Shown here one piece after another: positions 60,443 to 64,000 of a stretch of DNA of 64,000 nt. Below the pieces are notes generated by a model, which was not told the origin of the DNA, did no database searches, and was given only the letters and a program-made list of their open reading frames with translations. Both the position numbers and the translations under genes were made by a program. Within the stretch, counting starts at the first letter, position 1. Each line of letters opens with the position of its first letter. Source of the stretch: Nannocystales bacterium (lineage in GTDB: Bacteria > Myxococcota_A > Polyangia > Nannocystales > Nannocystaceae); NCBI GenBank assembly GCA_050633305.1, contig JBOEGF010000009.1, forward strand, positions 126,314 to 190,313. The letters run 5' to 3'.

Positions 60443-62422
60443 ATGACCGCCAACGTCTTCGAGGAAAGCAAAATGACCCTGACCGCTTGGATCTCCCGTG
60501 GGAAGGGCGATCGGGCGAAAGCCAAGTTCGAGTTCGAGCAGGAAGGGGGCGCGGAGACCGTCGAGGCTGCCGAGTTGGAGCTGGGGGGGAAGGAGGCTGG
60601 GAAGAAGAAGGTCTCCACCACCATCACGCTGCCCAAGTGCAAGGACGACGAGGACTTCTACACGCTCAGCTACAAGGTCACCTGCGAGGGGAACGAGTAC
60701 CCCGGTGGTGACTTCAAGGTCTGGCTCAAGACCGCGACATTCAAGGCGGTGAACGCCGAGGACGGAAGCGAGCTTCCCGGGGTTCAGATCGAGTTCTCGC
60801 AGAAGAAGGAGCCCCTGCTTCGGACGGACGACAAGGGGGTGTCTCCGTTGCCGATCAATGGCACTGCAGCGTTCACGGTCATCGCGAAGTCGCCGTGTTG
60901 GATCGAGAAGTGGACGACGGAGGTCGGGCGCCTGCGAGAGGCGGAAGTCTCCAAGCGCAAGTACACCGCACTGCTCTCGTATCCTCCACCCGACGACAAC
61001 GCCGAGGACAAGCCGCACAAACAGTACGTCAACCTCAAGGTCGATCCGAAACTACCCAACCAGGGGAGCGTGCTCACGGTGTCGGTTGGCGCTCAGACCG
61101 ATGTCGAGTGCATTCCCGGGCCGAAGGACGAGGAGGTCTACGTCAAGGTCGAGTTCGACACGAACAACTCCAAACGGAACTCCCCGAAACCATCGATCAC
61201 GGTTGGCGGGACGGTCGTGGAACCGACCAAGGGAGTGGCGGAAGGGAAGGTGCCCTACAACGACAAGGGGGTCGCGGAGTTCACCGTGCAGCTGGGACAA
61301 GCGGGGGGCGACAAGGTGAAGGTGAGTGTTGGAGTCACGCCTGCTTGTGAGGATGGCACCGTGTTCATCGAGAACTGGCGGAAGCTCTGGTACCAGCTCA
61401 CCCTGCCGAAGGGAGCGGCGGAGCCATCGCTGGCGCGGATGGTTGGGGCGCTCGGCGAGGTCTTCGTGGAGTACGTCCAAGAGGGGAAGACCGTCGAACT
61501 GGCTGAGGATGAAGGTCCTGCGGGTTCCTGGTTTCCAGGCAAGTGGCTCAAGGATGCGGGGACGAAGTACCTGAACATCGGAAACCACAACAAGACCTAC
61601 TTCCACGGCAAGTTTGTGGACGCCAAGACCCCTCACCAGGTGCACGTGCTTTGCTGTCACACCCAGTACGATGCGAAGGCGGCCTCGTGCGATACCGATG
61701 TCACCCTCACCCTCGACTCCACGAACGAGGCGACGTGGAGCGACGGGACCAAGGTGAAGGGGAAAGACTACAACGCCGGAAGCGGCTTCTTCCCCAAGTC
61801 GCTCAAGGATGGGACCAGCTCGTTGATCAGCGGAGCTTGGGAAGCCGACGACGGCAGCGTGAAGGGGAAGATCGAGGACGCGGACGTGTGGGTCGACGAC
61901 TATGCCAACCATGGCTGGGTTACGGTCAAGCTCCCCGACGACGCGAAGACCTACGTTGAGGCCAAAGCGGGAAACAAGGTGGAAGTCGAGATGACCCTGC
62001 ATGTCTCCAAAGGCCCGTACCTGGGCGAAGCCGATGGAAACAGCGGGTGGTTGCAGCTCATCGTGTTCAAGGCCGCCGAGAATGTCGTGAACGACGTCAT
62101 GGCTCACGAGCTTGGGCACACGATGAACCAGGTCCCTCAGTCTTCAGGCGGCAAGCCCCCTGGACTCTCGGCTGTGGTGCACGGTCGGGAGTACACGGGC
62201 AACGAACACCAGGGCGGCCACTGTGCCGACGGGATGAGTTCCGCCAACTACAACGGCGGGGCCGGCAAGGTCGGTTCGGACTACGCGGGAGACTTCTCCG
62301 GAAAGGCCGAGTGCACGTGCATCATGTACGGCGAGAACGGAGCGGGATCGACATGTGCGGGCAAGTTCTGCACACGTTGCCAGCCGTTCATCAAGGCGGA
62401 AGCACTCGCCAGCCTCCACTAG
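60443..62422 (+). CDS. Large protein with C-terminal HExxH zinc metalloprotease-like domain, no signal peptide
   Basis: GGAGGAG RBS; VMAHELGH..GGHC..CTCIMYG..FCTRC. Confidence 0.85.
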   Translation: MTANVFEESKMTLTAWISRGKGDRAKAKFEFEQEGGAETVEAAELELGGKEAGKKKVSTTITLPKCKDDEDFYTLSYKVTCEGNEYPGGDFKVWLKTATFKAVNAEDGSELPGVQIEFSQKKEPLLRTDDKGVSPLPINGTAAFTVIAKSPCWIEKWTTEVGRLREAEVSKRKYTALLSYPPPDDNAEDKPHKQYVNLKVDPKLPNQGSVLTVSVGAQTDVECIPGPKDEEVYVKVEFDTNNSKRNSPKPSITVGGTVVEPTKGVAEGKVPYNDKGVAEFTVQLGQAGGDKVKVSVGVTPACEDGTVFIENWRKLWYQLTLPKGAAEPSLARMVGALGEVFVEYVQEGKTVELAEDEGPAGSWFPGKWLKDAGTKYLNIGNHNKTYFHGKFVDAKTPHQVHVLCCHTQYDAKAASCDTDVTLTLDSTNEATWSDGTKVKGKDYNAGSGFFPKSLKDGTSSLISGAWEADDGSVKGKIEDADVWVDDYANHGWVTVKLPDDAKTYVEAKAGNKVEVEMTLHVSKGPYLGEADGNSGWLQLIVFKAAENVVNDVMAHELGHTMNQVPQSSGGKPPGLSAVVHGREYTGNEHQGGHCADGMSSANYNGGAGKVGSDYAGDFSGKAECTCIMYGENGAGSTCAGKFCTRCQPFIKAEALASLH

Positions 62423-62441
62423 CTCGGACGAAGGGCACGAC

Positions 62442-63521
62442 GTGAGCAACGGCCAATTTTCACTCGACGACGACGACTTCTGGGACAACCCCACGAAGAA
62501 CAAGGCACAGCTGATGAAGGGGTTGATGCGGGGCAAGCGTAGCTGCGTCGTTCTCGACGCGCCGCGGCACGTGCCGACTCCGGACCGCAAGACCCTCCCC
62601 GTAGCGGGAATCCACGTGCGGACGCTGCGGGAGAACTATCAAATCGACCAGGAGAAGCATCTCCTCGCGGTCGCGGTGGACACCGAGGACAACACGGCAA
62701 GGGTCGGGGTTGCGTTGGGTACCGGCAAGACGCCCGGTGGTCGTCCGGTCCCGCCCCAGGAGGACCCCGGCGAGGGATTCGTCGGCAACATGTTCGTCTG
62801 CGACGTTGGCCGACAGCTCGGTGTTCCGCTGGAAGGACGGCAGGCCGTCACCATGATGGTGCGCGAGTACCTGTCCAACACGTGCACGCTGGAGGTCGGT
62901 CCGAGCATGCACGCGTTCGAAGACGACGAGGTCCGCCGGTACGTCGAGGCGCGTCGCGGAGCGTTACAACCTCCGCGAGTCCGGTCGGTGTGGCCGCCGC
63001 TTCCACAGATCTCGGGCGCGATCACGCGAGCGCTCCAGGGGAAGCCGGACCCGTTCCCCAACTACAAACAACGGGATGACTCCCCGCCTGTCCCCGATGA
63101 TGTCGGCGTCGAGTTCACGATCGACCGAGTGACCGAGGCAATCCCGGGACGGCGCTGTCTGTTGCGCGGCGCGTTTCGGCTCCCGGTCACCGCTCACGAG
63201 CGCGTGGGCGTGGATGCGGACACAGGAAGACTGCGCGATGTCGGCTGCCCGGGCGCAACGGCGGTGGTCGGCATCCATCTCGTCGCAACGGGCACCACCC
63301 TCACCGGGCCCTTTGTCTTTCCTCTACGGGTCCCCAGCTTTGATGTGCTGGAGTCCAGCGGAGATACGACCGCCACGGGGTTCTTCAACATCGACCTCTT
63401 CGGGCTTGATGCGATGCCCAAGCGTGCTGGCACGTACTTCTTCACCGCATTTTCACGGGAGGTGACGCGCGGGCCTGTCTACGTCGGTCTCGCGCCTTCG
63501 GTCGGCGTGAGTGAGGGATGA
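62442..63521 (+). CDS. Hypothetical protein (candidate immunity/partner), no signal peptide
   Basis: GTG start 19 nt after the upstream stop; N-terminus similar to the next gene product. Confidence 0.75.
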   Translation: MSNGQFSLDDDDFWDNPTKNKAQLMKGLMRGKRSCVVLDAPRHVPTPDRKTLPVAGIHVRTLRENYQIDQEKHLLAVAVDTEDNTARVGVALGTGKTPGGRPVPPQEDPGEGFVGNMFVCDVGRQLGVPLEGRQAVTMMVREYLSNTCTLEVGPSMHAFEDDEVRRYVEARRGALQPPRVRSVWPPLPQISGAITRALQGKPDPFPNYKQRDDSPPVPDDVGVEFTIDRVTEAIPGRRCLLRGAFRLPVTAHERVGVDADTGRLRDVGCPGATAVVGIHLVATGTTLTGPFVFPLRVPSFDVLESSGDTTATGFFNIDLFGLDAMPKRAGTYFFTAFSREVTRGPVYVGLAPSVGVSEG

Positions 63522-64000
63522 GTTCTCAAGCCCCGTGGTCGCGGTGCGTTTGGGGAGCGTTTGTCGTCCTGGGCTTGGGCTGCAACGACGCGAAGACCGT
63601 CGATCCGCAGACGCCTGCCGCAACCCTCGAGCCTCCCGGTGCCGTCGACCCCCCTGAACCTGAACCTGACCCTGAACCTGAACCTGAATCCGAACCCGTG
63701 CCTGCGACTCCGATGACTCCAGATCCCGCTCCACAAATCCACGCGCTGGGCATCGATGACGCCGCATTCTTCGACGGTGGCACGAGCAAGGCGATGGCGG
63801 TCGCGCGTCGGGAGCTGCGAAAGGGGGGAGTGCGGGTCCTCCGAATCGACGCTCCATTCGTCGTGGACACCGCAACACAGTCTTCTCTGCCAGTTCATGG
63901 TGTGTTTGCGCGAGAGGACTCGGACGCCGCCGATCTGGAGCAGAGCAGCATTGTCGTCGCCGTCGACGTGACGAACAACGCGTTCCATGCGGGCACGGCA
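63518..64000 (+). CDS. Lipoprotein paralog of the preceding gene, truncated by the window end (absent from the ORF track)
   Basis: ATGA overlap; MSSQAPWSRCVWGAFVVLGLGC lipobox, (PE)n linker from CCTGAA repeats, then LGIDDAAFFD..IDAP..SLPVHG..VAVDVTNN; open to 64000. Confidence 0.8.
   Translation, partial: MSSQAPWSRCVWGAFVVLGLGCNDAKTVDPQTPAATLEPPGAVDPPEPEPDPEPEPESEPVPATPMTPDPAPQIHALGIDDAAFFDGGTSKAMAVARRELRKGGVRVLRIDAPFVVDTATQSSLPVHGVFAREDSDAADLEQSSIVVAVDVTNNAFHAGTA

Noticed and set aside
63653..63697. (CCTGAA)n hexamer repeat as a phase-variation tract
   Set aside because: The unit length is a multiple of 3 and encodes a Pro-Glu linker, so slippage would not shift the frame

Overview
GC-rich (about two-thirds G+C by eye) bacterial chromosome segment, most likely Myxococcota (Nannocystaceae-like), judged from a MYXO-CTERM protein, myxobacterial Cys-rich repeats and many Ser/Thr/Gly-linker lipoproteins. 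It holds about 53 densely packed CDSs. Housekeeping and metabolic genes include a thiolase with a divergent MarR, a MoxR/DUF58/transglutaminase operon, etfBA, thrB, pheA, ddl, two dacB-like genes, serS, an RpoD-family sigma, cvfB, sulP, a type IIA topoisomerase A+B pair and an rlmI-like methyltransferase. I found no tRNA, rRNA, CRISPR array or transposase. The most notable items are: (1) an ECF sigma/anti-sigma/lipoprotein/outer-membrane-like operon and a divergent ultra-acidic Cys-repeat lipoprotein gene, both preceded by the identical motif CCTGTAATCT-N16-ACGGACTCG; (2) an archaemetzincin-like HExxH protein followed by two tandem paralogous genes, one cytoplasmic and one lipoprotein, resembling an effector-immunity cassette; (3) a degenerate signal peptidase II-like protein; (4) a coupled histidine kinase + pseudokinase pair; (5) a 159-bp CTAG-flanked MITE-like inverted-repeat element. 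All calls come from motif recognition by eye with no database searches, and several start codons are best guesses.
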